A stretch of DNA of 64,000 nucleotides, from the IMG/VR virus record IMGVR_UViG_3300037067_015211, positions 1 through 64,000 of that record; one strand, given 5' to 3'. Position numbers and translations under genes: made by a program. The notes beneath the pieces were generated by a model. The model saw nothing but the letters and a program-made list of their open reading frames with translations, made no database searches and was not told the DNA's origin. Each line of letters opens with the position of its first letter. The first letter of the stretch is position 1. This document shows, piece by piece, positions 1 through 8,602 of the stretch. Origin of the DNA: a virus (taxonomy: Duplodnaviria > Caudoviricetes).

Positions 1-197
1 AAATAATCTGTCCTTATCCTCGATAAAATTAGGCCGCAACATAATAGTTGCTTGGCCGTATCCATCGGGCGGCGTCTCTGTCGTTTCGTAGCCCTTTTCT
101 TCGTCGAATTTCAGAAAATTAAACTTCGTACCCATTACATTCTCCTAAAAAGATAAAACAAGTATACCACAAAATTGTTTGATTGCAAAAGAAAAAT

Positions 198-228
198 AAA
201 AAAGGCCGTGGCGTTGCGCCAACGGCCC
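198..228 (-). terminator. Probable intrinsic terminator after the DUF5320 gene
   Basis: GGCCGT...ACGGCC stem next to an A-run (U-run on minus strand). Confidence 0.5.
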
Positions 229-246
229 AGCGAAAGGAGGAATATT

Positions 247-432
247 TCACACGGCGCGATTGCCGCGATTCCTGTTTCGATTACGGTTAGCCATGCCAGC
301 CCCGTATCCTAGTCCGCCGCCCATTCCTCTGTTGGGTAGTGCATCTGTTCGTTCGACTCGTTTGCAGTTACCGAGACCGCGCCCTGTTAGCGGTCCTTGT
401 CCTCTCGGGCCTGTTCCGTCACCTCGTGGCAT
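247..432 (-). CDS. DUF5320-family small Gly/Arg-rich protein
   Basis: N-terminus MPRGDGTGPxGQGPLTGRGLGxC is the DUF5320 signature; AGGAG RBS upstream. Confidence 0.8.
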   Translation of the reverse strand: MPRGDGTGPRGQGPLTGRGLGNCKRVERTDALPNRGMGGGLGYGAGMANRNRNRNRGNRAV

Positions 433-560
433 TTTATTACTCCTTTAAAAATCGTAGTTTCCTATATTATAGCAAATTTAGCCGAAACAATCAAATATTT
501 TTTAAAAAAAATAAGCCGGTTGACAACAAGCCAACCGGCCAATGTGAAAGGAAGGGATTT

Positions 561-1379
561 TTACGCTACTTCAGTTTCTACGGCAACTTCTTTGTCTTTG
601 TCGATCATCTCAGAGATTTTCTTGGAAATCTTTTCGGCGGGTTTCAGGGCCGCAACCACCATTTCGACATTCTTGGACGACCAGCCATGCAGATAGGCCG
701 CAGAACGGTCAGAAACGTTGCCAGTGACAATGCAGGACACCAGTTCAGCAACCACTTCCTCAAAATCCCTTTGCCACTTCTCGGCATCAATTTTCTCGTG
801 CCGCAGAGCATGGGCCAGTTCATGTACAAGAGTGTTAAGGGCATGGTCAGATGCAAGATTAATTCTGATTCTTTTTTCAGTGAAACAATAGTCGCCACCG
901 GGATTGCCAAGTTCCTCATGTTCCACCACATTATAACCCAAGGAAATAGCAAGGTTTTTGATTTCCTGATATTCAGGCAGATTAACCTCGTGGTTCTCGG
1001 GTTTGAACTCTTCACCTTCAGTCTGAGAATAAGAAAACACATAAACAGGCACAAACCCAATCAAAGCCTGAAATTTTTCCTCGACCCCATCCTTTTCATG
1101 AGTTTTGTTGACAAAGCGGGGCGCATAAATGGCAATTCCATGTTGTCCCTTCTTTACCCTGCGGCCAAGGTCGTTCCATTTTTTGAAGCTGGCCACGGCC
1201 TCTCCAACTTCAAATTTCAGGCACATTTGATCGAGATAGATAAGAAAAGTGTTGCTGAGAGAGTAGTTATGGAAGCGAGAATAACATTTCAGTGCTTCCC
1301 TCAACTGCTCTTGCGTCATCTTAGCAAATTTCTCTTGCAGTGCCTCAATTACTTCTTTTCTCGTCTTCATCTTAGCCAT
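561..1379 (-). CDS. ArdC-like antirestriction protein (ssDNA-binding domain plus zincin metallopeptidase-like domain)
   Basis: FHNYSLSNTFLI...SFKKWNDLGRRVKKGQHGIAIYAP (ArdC N-domain) and TLVHELAHAL (HExxH). Confidence 0.75.
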   Translation of the reverse strand: MAKMKTRKEVIEALQEKFAKMTQEQLREALKCYSRFHNYSLSNTFLIYLDQMCLKFEVGEAVASFKKWNDLGRRVKKGQHGIAIYAPRFVNKTHEKDGVEEKFQALIGFVPVYVFSYSQTEGEEFKPENHEVNLPEYQEIKNLAISLGYNVVEHEELGNPGGDYCFTEKRIRINLASDHALNTLVHELAHALRHEKIDAEKWQRDFEEVVAELVSCIVTGNVSDRSAAYLHGWSSKNVEMVVAALKPAEKISKKISEMIDKDKEVAVETEVA

Positions 1380-1419
1380 TTTTCACTCCCTTCACAAATT
1401 TTTTGTTTTGCCCTTCACG

Positions 1420-1509
1420 ACTTTTATTGTATGCATAAACCTTCTTTTGTCAAGGGCAAAAATTTTTATTTTTTCGGTCTTGACAAAACGCAATATCTAC
1501 GTATACTAG
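1420..1509. promoter_or_regulatory. Back-to-back divergent sigma70-type promoters
   Basis: TTGACA on - strand (1448-1453) with TACAAT; TTGACA on + strand (1480-1485) with TATACT at 17-bp spacing. Confidence 0.7.
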
Positions 1510-1707
1510 ATGGCGAAAGACCATATTTTTTGTAAGGATACTGAAATGCCCTATACCGTTAAATGCGAAAATTGCAATACGTTTGGCATCGACACTGACT
1601 TCCGATTTGTCGGCAACGGCTCCAATCGGCGATATTTCTGTTGCGAAGCCTGTGAACAGGAATATAACAAGAAAAAGGGCGAAAAAAATACGCCCAAAAT
1701 TCAATAA
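1510..1707 (+). CDS. Small Cys-rich Zn-binding protein
   Basis: CxxC ... YFCCEAC motif; follows the promoter. Confidence 0.5.
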   Translation: MAKDHIFCKDTEMPYTVKCENCNTFGIDTDFRFVGNGSNRRYFCCEACEQEYNKKKGEKNTPKIQ

Positions 1708-1901
1708 TATATTGAATTGATGCTATTATTTTGAATATTGGAGACATCACATGAATACATTCATGGATTGGCTTAAAAAACGTAAAAAAAATAGCCCAAG
1801 AAAAAGCAGAATATACCGCCCAGTGCCAACACTTGGCGTTATTGGCGGCATCTGGCTGTGATTTGCGTAAATCATACAGAATCTAAAAAGGAGTGCTGAC
1901 A

Positions 1902-2306
1902 ATGAATATTTACGAAAGCTACAAACGTGACCGAGAAGCCGCCGGTGGCGGATCAAATTTACGACTCAGAAGCATTATGCGCGGAGAATTGCTACCAGAA
2001 GAAGGTCAATTTTCTCAATCGATGGACGAGTATTATGCCCAACGTAGGCCGCTAGGATCCGGCTCACTGTCAGCAAAGAAATTTGGTGCCTATTATATCA
2101 TATATAGTTATGATGAGCCAATTGCTATCGTGTCTCCCCAAAACCACATTATTCTTCGTGGCAAAAAGTTCAGTGTATCAACCACTAAACACCAAACTGC
2201 TGTGTCTAGCGCGGCTATGGCCGAAGGACTGGCTATTAACCGAGAAGATGATGACGATAGTTTCCTGAACACTTTGCTGAGCATTAGCCAAGGAGTCAAT
2301 CAATGA
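1902..2306 (+). CDS. Hypothetical phage protein with MNIYESYKR leader
   Basis: AAGGAG RBS before ATG 1902; YSYDEPIA...FSVSTTKHQ resembles a motif common in small phage proteins. Confidence 0.65.
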   Translation: MNIYESYKRDREAAGGGSNLRLRSIMRGELLPEEGQFSQSMDEYYAQRRPLGSGSLSAKKFGAYYIIYSYDEPIAIVSPQNHIILRGKKFSVSTTKHQTAVSSAAMAEGLAINREDDDDSFLNTLLSISQGVNQ

Positions 2307-2509
2307 AAGAAGGTTTCTGGCTTAATTCGAATAATTACAAATATGCGGGTATTGATGACCATGCGATGAAGCAAGAAACTTGTAGGTTCTCTAGTAGAAC
2401 CCCACGGCTTTAGCCGTGGGAATATGTCAGCGAAAATTCTAAGGATGCCCTTGAAGCGATTCAAGTGTTTGCAAAAAAACTGGTATGCTTGGACCATTTA
2501 GCAGACTAA
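2303..2509 (+). pseudogene. Short gene disrupted by a 64-bp IS200/IS605 right-end fragment
   Basis: AAGGAG RBS; ORF MKEGFWLNS..DDHA runs into the IS-derived insert (2364-2427) and stops; coding-like tail follows. Confidence 0.45.
2364..2427 (+). repeat. Orphan copy of the IS200/IS605 right end / omegaRNA 3' scaffold
   Basis: 62/64 nt identical to 52661-52724; includes hairpin CCCACGGCT-TT-AGCCGTGGG. Confidence 0.9.
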
Positions 2510-2568
2510 ATATCCATAATCTTTAGTGTTTTTTTTGTACAACGGATATTTTTTTAGGAGAAGGGGCT

Positions 2569-3000
2569 ATGCTATCGCTTACCGTTCGTGAAGCAAAAGA
2601 ATTCGCCACACACTACAAAAATTTGGAAGGAGGGGAAGTCGAATTAATCAAACTGGGGCATTGTGAAAAGTGCAATTCACCATACGTTGTTCATCGCGAC
2701 AAACTAAAGCTAAAAAAGGCAATTATCAATTACCTCAAGCTTGAAGAATTGCAAGAAGAAATTAGCAGTAGTTGTCAATGTACTCCAGACAGACAAGCCA
2801 AAACAATCGAAGAATTCAAAAACCCTTTTGACCCCGCAAAAGTAACAGAAATCAGAAAAATCGCGCTCGATTGCATTACAGATTCCATTGCCATGTTCGC
2901 TAAATGCATGTGCTTTTATCGTACCGATGAAATGGACGATATTTTCGCTCGAATGCAGGAAACGGCTGACGATATTAGTGCAGAAATTTGTGCTCGCTGA
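2569..3000 (+). CDS. Hypothetical protein (CxxC)
   Basis: 143-aa ORF with RBS, followed by a hairpin. Confidence 0.6.
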   Translation: MLSLTVREAKEFATHYKNLEGGEVELIKLGHCEKCNSPYVVHRDKLKLKKAIINYLKLEELQEEISSSCQCTPDRQAKTIEEFKNPFDPAKVTEIRKIALDCITDSIAMFAKCMCFYRTDEMDDIFARMQETADDISAEICAR

Positions 3001-3006
3001 ATAAGG

Positions 3007-3042
3007 TAAGTGGGTGGACCAACAAACTCCACCCACTTATTT
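3007..3042. terminator. Hairpin terminator between convergent units
   Basis: TAAGTGGGTGGA...TCCACCCACTTA inverted repeat followed by TTT. Confidence 0.6.
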
Positions 3043-3055
3043 GTCTTTCAAATAT

Positions 3056-4295
3056 TCAATCATTTGTTCTACAAAACTTACTGGAATCTAATGATCCCAT
3101 GTTTGCTTCCTGCTTCACCGAGACAACTTGCTTAGACTCTTGCGAATCTAAGTATTGGTTATTCTCTCTACAGGCTTTAATTCCGGCAGAACTTGCCGTA
3201 CTAGAATATTTTTCTAGGTTAATGGCCGCGTTTAAATCCCGGTCTATTTCTAATCCACACGATTCACACTTGTAGATTCTATCAGCTAGTGTTAGCCCCT
3301 TTTTTATATTGCCACATCTGCTACATTTCTTGCTAGATGGATAGAATCTATCTACTACGACAATCTTACAATTATACCACTCGGCTTTGTACTCAAGTTG
3401 TCTCTTAAACTCAGACCAGCCAACATCAGAAATAGCCTGAGCCAGACAGTGGTTTTTCATCATATTAGAGGGAAATAAATTTTCAATCACAACCCTTGAC
3501 TTGGTTTTTGTCAAGTACGTTGTTAGCTTATGAAGAACATCTCGCCTAATACATGATATTCTATAGTGTAGTTTAGATAATTTTATTCTTGATTTTTCTT
3601 TGCTTTTACTCCCTTTTTGTTTCTTACTGTGTTTTTTTTGTAGTCTCTTTAGCCTTTTCAAATTCTTTTTAAGAGGTCTAGGATTTTCTACCACCAGACC
3701 GTCTGAACAAACTGCTAGTTCTTTTAACCCCAAGTCAACTCCTACTATTTCCTCTCTTGGCTTAAAGGATACTTTTTTCTTCATGTCAAAAGAAACTGCA
3801 ATAAACCACTTACCGGCCTTCTCGGATATAGTAGCTTGGGTTACCCTTAAATCAGTAGGTATGTATGACTTTTCTTTTAGTCTTACTATGCCTATTCTAG
3901 GTAATTTTACACAATTCCCATATACATACACTGAGCCGTTTAGGGTAAAACTTCCTAGCCCCATCTTTCTTGATTTAAATCTCGGAAATCCCTTTACCCT
4001 TCTTTTTCTTCTTGCAATTTCTAAAGAAATTCTTATAGGCTTTTTCAAGATTTATTAAAGCAATTTGAGGGGCACACTTTGAGACTTCATACATCCACGG
4101 AAAGTCTGTTTTCTTAAGTTTAACTAACTCTTTATGAAGATCATAAGCAGTTAGAAACTTATTGCCAGCCTTTCTATTCTCTATCTGTCTCCCTAAACCC
4201 CAATTGTAGGTAAATCTAGCTACTCCACAACACTTGACAAACAGTGTGCTTTGCGTATTGTTTGGCTTCAACTCTACTTTAAAACTTTTTCTCAT
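3056..4295 (-). pseudogene. tnpB: Frameshifted TnpB (RNA-guided RuvC nuclease)
   Basis: Split into ORFs 3975-4295 and 3056-4048 by a 2-nt deletion near 3995 relative to copy 2; GVDLG, VIENL, DRDLNAA and Zn finger present. Confidence 0.85.
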
Positions 4296-4392
4296 ATTAC
4301 TTATTATAACCTACTTATGTGCTATTTTCTATTTAATTTTATATAATTTACCGCAAAATTTTTGCATAATTTTAATTAGTCATTAAGCATCC
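3064..4392 (-). mobile_element. IS607-like tnpB-only element, copy 1
   Basis: Homologous end to end with 10564-11892, including about 95 bp of AT-rich left end; TGGG at left boundary; no tnpA. Confidence 0.7.
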
Positions 4393-4492
4393 CACCACAG
4401 CCAACCCATAGTGTAGAATATTTTTTCAGCAGCCCTTCCGACAATATTGAATTGACAAGGCAAAGCTTTGTAGAGTGGTAAAAAATTCTCAT
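4391..4492 (-). pseudogene. 5' fragment of a possible ADP-ribosyltransferase-fold gene cut by the IS607 insertion
   Basis: GGAG RBS, then MRIFYHSTKLCLVNSILSEGLL (YHxT..ILxEGL); ends exactly at the TGGG IS boundary. Confidence 0.4.
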
Positions 4493-4560
4493 TCAAAATC
4501 TCCAATAAAAAAGCGCATATATTATGATATGCGCTTATATGTGTTCCGTCAAGTGTTTTT

Positions 4561-5340
4561 TTAATATCTCATTATTGCCCAAAAATCATCACAAAATTCC
4601 TTGTTGACAATAAAGTCATATGGCATATAGAAATAGCCTTTTTCTCCCCATTTCTCGCCCCAGCTATTTCTGACGATAAATCGCTCGTGCTCATCGTCAT
4701 AGCCTACCGCGCATACGGCATGGCCCCCCAAAGACTTGTCGTTTTTCTTGGGCATGCTCATTTTGCCCGTATTGGCCACCACAGGATCGTCCATAAACGA
4801 CTCATAAACTTGGAAGCCAAACACGAATGGATAGCCTAGAGCAAGGCTATGCTTCATCGCGGTCAAATTATGTGATATTCTAAGGTACTCTTTAATAACA
4901 CAGCTTCTAGCACCCCAATAACACCAAAACCAAGGCTTTTCTCGGAACCGTTTAACGTCATATTCCCAGCCCCACATACCAACTTCTTTGCAGACGCCAA
5001 ATCTAGCTGCCGCTTTGATAGTATTGCGCAAAGTCGCGCCAGAGTCCATTAAGAGAGTGCCCTGAATTAGCCTAGTATTATAGTACAGGAAAAGTCGGCT
5101 ATAATCCGAGTATTCGTTGTCGTCTTTTTTGTCCAAATATTCGATGTCCCCCACAACGGACTGAGCGGTGCATGACCCTAGACTTCCCTGATCCTCAATC
5201 GGAGAGCATTTTTCTCGATAATCCGTTAACAAAGGAAGTGTAATGTCGGTGAGTGTGGTAAACTTTGTCTCATACATAAAATCTCTGGTGTCTTCGCAGT
5301 CCTTTACCCACCCCAGTTTTCGGTACATACTTTTCTCCAT
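4561..5340 (-). CDS. Papain-family (C1A) cysteine peptidase
   Basis: DQGSLGSCTA (catalytic Cys), GGHAVCAVGY (His), RNSWGEKWGEKGY (Asn). Confidence 0.93.
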   Translation of the reverse strand: MEKSMYRKLGWVKDCEDTRDFMYETKFTTLTDITLPLLTDYREKCSPIEDQGSLGSCTAQSVVGDIEYLDKKDDNEYSDYSRLFLYYNTRLIQGTLLMDSGATLRNTIKAAARFGVCKEVGMWGWEYDVKRFREKPWFWCYWGARSCVIKEYLRISHNLTAMKHSLALGYPFVFGFQVYESFMDDPVVANTGKMSMPKKNDKSLGGHAVCAVGYDDEHERFIVRNSWGEKWGEKGYFYMPYDFIVNKEFCDDFWAIMRY

Positions 5341-5654
5341 TAATATGAATCTTTCGCTCTTGCGATCCTATCGAATATTTTGTAAATTTTATCAACTTCA
5401 GAACTTTTGCTAATGTCCTTTAATATTTCATCATATCCGCCATTTTTTTCAACGAAATCTTCATACATATTTAAAAATTTTTGCCGCTCCTTTTCTAATA
5501 TAATTTTTTCTTCTTCGGGAAACGGAATAGGCGTAAGCCAATCTCTACGTTGTTTTTTTTGTTTTTCTCGCTTCTCAAGTATTTTTAAAGCAACGGGGTC
5601 AATTAAAGCATTGCTTTCTTGTGCATTTCTTTTCCAAGAATAAAAAATACTCAT
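5340..5654 (-). CDS. Hypothetical protein with MSIFYSWKRNAQ leader
   Basis: 104-aa ORF translationally coupled to the peptidase; AAGGA RBS. Confidence 0.65.
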   Translation of the reverse strand: MSIFYSWKRNAQESNALIDPVALKILEKREKQKKQRRDWLTPIPFPEEEKIILEKERQKFLNMYEDFVEKNGGYDEILKDISKSSEVDKIYKIFDRIARAKDSY

Positions 5655-5663
5655 TGTTTTTCC

Positions 5664-6335
5664 TTAATCTAAAAATACATTATTAAGTGTTTTTGCAATT
5701 CCATCTATCTTTTTCTCCAAAGCCTCAAAATCAATGCTCTTTGGGTCTTCGGAGAAAATAATTTGCTTCTCTGTTTCGGATAATTCCTCGTTATTTTCAA
5801 TCTTTTTGAGAATATTGACATCTCGAATAATCATATCGTTTAGCGTTTTCAAAGAACCAATCAAACCTTTTGCTGTTGGCTCGTTATTGACAGAGGCTTC
5901 AGGGAGTGGTTGTTCGATTTTTACCTGTTGGGCAATTTTCGAGTTTTCTGCCTTATCGACAAGGAATTTTGCAATCTTGTCTTTTAGTTGTTTGAGTTTT
6001 TCTTTATACGTCTTCCAATCTCTTTTATTTTTTGCATCCTGAATGTCCTTGGCATAGTCGTCAAATGCTTTTTTCAGAACATCAACTTCCTCATCCGGCA
6101 TTGTACTTGTAGCCTCTTCAATCTGTTGGGCAATGCGCTTTAGCACGATGCTGGCTGTCTTGCCGTGTTCTTTGTTGTAAATAGACCAAGCCGTTGCAAA
6201 AGCCTTTTCTGGATCATCGGGATATTGTTTTTTTAAATCTAATACCAGCTTCTCGTACTTCTCCCCCGGAGGTGCTTTTGCCTCTCTAACACTATCCTGT
6301 TTACCGCCGATGGGATGCAAATAGTCTGTTGTCAT
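5664..6335 (-). CDS. Hypothetical helical protein (ChaB-like AFATAW segment)
   Basis: 223-aa ORF; PEKAFATAWSIYNK resembles the ChaB C-terminal helix. Confidence 0.55.
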   Translation of the reverse strand: MTTDYLHPIGGKQDSVREAKAPPGEKYEKLVLDLKKQYPDDPEKAFATAWSIYNKEHGKTASIVLKRIAQQIEEATSTMPDEEVDVLKKAFDDYAKDIQDAKNKRDWKTYKEKLKQLKDKIAKFLVDKAENSKIAQQVKIEQPLPEASVNNEPTAKGLIGSLKTLNDMIIRDVNILKKIENNEELSETEKQIIFSEDPKSIDFEALEKKIDGIAKTLNNVFLD

Positions 6336-6352
6336 GATATGTGTTCCTTACC

Positions 6353-6781
6353 TTAAACTTTTTCTAGTTTTACTGATACTATATCATTCCACTTTAAAAC
6401 AATGTAGTCTGTTTTTTCTAGCAGTCGCAATGCGCTTTCCTTATAGGACGGTGCGACAGTAATTCCTCTTACAGAACTCCAATGCCCATTCATTTTGCCC
6501 CGAATAGACATCTCATCGACATATTTTTGTAGCTGACCAATAATAGAATGATCGGCCTCATCACTCTTTAACTCAATAACATATAAAGTAGCATCAATTT
6601 CATTTTTACTATCATATTTGTCCTGAAAAACAATATCTGCTCTTTCCAAACCGCCTAATCTAACAGGAAATTCTTTGCCACGTATCCAAATATCGTCTAA
6701 GCCTATTGCTTCGGCAACAACATCTTTGTTATCGCACAAATAATTGACCATTCTATCGTGACAACGACACATCTTAAACAT
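6353..6781 (-). CDS. NucS/EndoMS-like PD-(D/E)xK endonuclease domain
   Basis: ERADIVF...VIELK...IGQLQKY...VRGITVAP pattern. Confidence 0.7.
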   Translation of the reverse strand: MFKMCRCHDRMVNYLCDNKDVVAEAIGLDDIWIRGKEFPVRLGGLERADIVFQDKYDSKNEIDATLYVIELKSDEADHSIIGQLQKYVDEMSIRGKMNGHWSSVRGITVAPSYKESALRLLEKTDYIVLKWNDIVSVKLEKV

Positions 6782-6809
6782 GTAAACATAATAGTTGTTC
6801 CAATATATA

Positions 6810-7160
6810 TTATTGCTTTATTTTTTCGCGGTGGTTTATCATAAAAACAACATGCCCTAGATGATATAGCATACGCCGAATCCTAGACATGTCTTTTAAT
6901 GATGTGCGCCCATCTTTTTCCCTGTAAGCCCAGTCTTTACACTCATCACAGTATTTTCTTACCCTGCCGGTCAGCACATAAGAAAATTCTTTGTCACAAA
7001 CCTCACAAATATCTGTTCTATTCTTGTCCTTTGGAATTCTACCCCTTTGTCGCTCCTTGGCCCTTAGCAAATTTTTCTTTTTTGAGCAAAGCGGACATCG
7101 AATCTGTCTGGGAGACCTTTTTTCGACCTCAGTACCGCAGTCAATGCAGATTATCTTCAT
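6810..7160 (-). CDS. Double Zn-finger protein
   Basis: Four CxxC pairs. Confidence 0.6.
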   Translation of the reverse strand: MKIICIDCGTEVEKRSPRQIRCPLCSKKKNLLRAKERQRGRIPKDKNRTDICEVCDKEFSYVLTGRVRKYCDECKDWAYREKDGRTSLKDMSRIRRMLYHLGHVVFMINHREKIKQ

Positions 7161-7211
7161 GTTTTTTCCATATGTTCTCCCTCTTAACGTTAGGTATATT
7201 GTAGCACAAAT

Positions 7212-7898
7212 TTATTGCTCTTCAAACTCTTTCCGCCATTTTAAAATGTTGTCTTTTAAGTCGGTCTCATTATAGAAGTTAAGATTGTTGGGGTTGCTGT
7301 CCACCAAAATATGGTAATCAGATTCGCCATATGTTGTGCCAATCATGGGGTCTGCAACCCCACCGCCCGGCGGTTGTTTATGGTCGGAAATTCTTATTGT
7401 TGTCTCTAGTCCAAAAATATAAATGTATTTTGAGCCAGTTCCGGCGTCATGGATAGAATAATCGTTTTCTGTAAAGCCTAAACTTTTTAAAAGTCGAACA
7501 ATTTCTCCCTCAGCCCAATTCATTTTTTCTTTAATTATCTTATAATCAAAAAAATCCTTTTCATCATTATATTCACCAATAAAATTTTCCCCTTCTCGTT
7601 CTATGTCTCTTGCCAGTTCTTCGTCATTTTCCAAAATATAATTTATGGCATTTTCTTTTGACATACTTGAAAAATCCATGTTAAAAACATCTTTCCCATA
7701 TTCCAATAGTTCATCGTTGTCCATATCTTCAAAATAACTTCTATTTGAGGCCATTATTCCATCTAAAATTTTTTGTAATTCTATTTTATCCTTTTCGTCT
7801 ATTTTTTTTAAGGCAATATTTCTTTCCTGCAAAATAGTTTGAATCCGCTCTTGCAAATCATTGCCGCTGGCCATTCGCCACGAAGAATAAGTATCCAT
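7212..7898 (-). CDS. Hypothetical protein with MDTYSSWRMAS leader
   Basis: 228-aa acidic ORF; C-terminal SKY..IRISDH motif. Confidence 0.65.
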   Translation of the reverse strand: MDTYSSWRMASGNDLQERIQTILQERNIALKKIDEKDKIELQKILDGIMASNRSYFEDMDNDELLEYGKDVFNMDFSSMSKENAINYILENDEELARDIEREGENFIGEYNDEKDFFDYKIIKEKMNWAEGEIVRLLKSLGFTENDYSIHDAGTGSKYIYIFGLETTIRISDHKQPPGGGVADPMIGTTYGESDYHILVDSNPNNLNFYNETDLKDNILKWRKEFEEQ

Positions 7899-7993
7899 TG
7901 TTTTTTCCTAAAAAATAAATACTGTTGACAAACTATTTACTAGATAATATGATAACATAAAGTTATTATATTACAAATTTTATTGGAGAAAAA

Positions 7994-8356
7994 ATGAACC
8001 ATCACTACATTTTGGACCTTTATGAATGTGACCAAAAAAAGCTGAACGACAAAGCATACATCCTAAAGACAATCCGCAAGGCCATAAAAGCAGCAAAATC
8101 CACATTGCTCAACCTCTCCCACCACAAATTCGACCCACAGGGCGTTACAGCCATTGCCCTGCTCGCTGAATCGCATATATCCATCCACACATGGCCCGAG
8201 AAGGGCTACGCGGCTGTGGACTGCTTTACGTGCGGTTCTCACACGATGCCAGAAGTGGCCTGTGAAGTGATTAGAAAAATGCTGGGATCTAAATTGCACA
8301 AACTACAGAATATAAAGCGCATTACCGAACATTCCGCAGAATGTTTGAGTGTATGA
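7994..8356 (+). CDS. speD: S-adenosylmethionine decarboxylase proenzyme
   Basis: FDPQGVTAIALLAESHISIHTWPE (ES self-cleavage site) and DCFTCG; TTGACA promoter at 7925. Confidence 0.93.
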   Translation: MNHHYILDLYECDQKKLNDKAYILKTIRKAIKAAKSTLLNLSHHKFDPQGVTAIALLAESHISIHTWPEKGYAAVDCFTCGSHTMPEVACEVIRKMLGSKLHKLQNIKRITEHSAECLSV

Positions 8357-8369
8357 AATTGTTATATGT

Positions 8370-8537
8370 TCAATTCATCAAAAGCCAATAGATAACATAA
8401 AACCAACTAAGAACGCCGTGGATGATTGCCCAAAGAACAGAATGATTTGTGCTCCATGAAAGTACAATGTCCAAGATTGTTCCGATGGACACGCCACCAC
8501 AGCTACAGCTACAACCATTATTTTGCTCTTTGCTCAT
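8370..8537 (-). CDS. Small membrane protein (55 aa, below the ORF-track cutoff)
   Basis: Hand translation MSKEQNNG...VLSWSTNHSVLWAIIHGVLSWFYVIYWLLMN; own promoter TTGACA (8593-8598, -) with TATAAT. Confidence 0.65.
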   Translation of the reverse strand: MSKEQNNGCSCSCGGVSIGTILDIVLSWSTNHSVLWAIIHGVLSWFYVIYWLLMN

Positions 8538-8602
8538 TTTTTGACCTTCCTATGTTAGTCTCTGGAAGTCATTATATGCATGAACAATGATTTGTCAAGT
8601 TT

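Noticed and set aside
28-135. Short minus-strand ORF ending NYYVAA, resembling an ssrA tag
   Set aside because: No tmRNA structure is evident and the similarity is too short; it lies at the window edge.
339-1535. 398-aa + strand ORF
   Set aside because: Antisense shadow of the ArdC-like gene; no RBS or motifs, and it crosses promoters.
3975-4048. Programmed frameshift in tnpB copy 1
   Set aside because: Alignment to copy 2 shows a simple 2-nt deletion, and the right-end GG is also lost; decay is more parsimonious.
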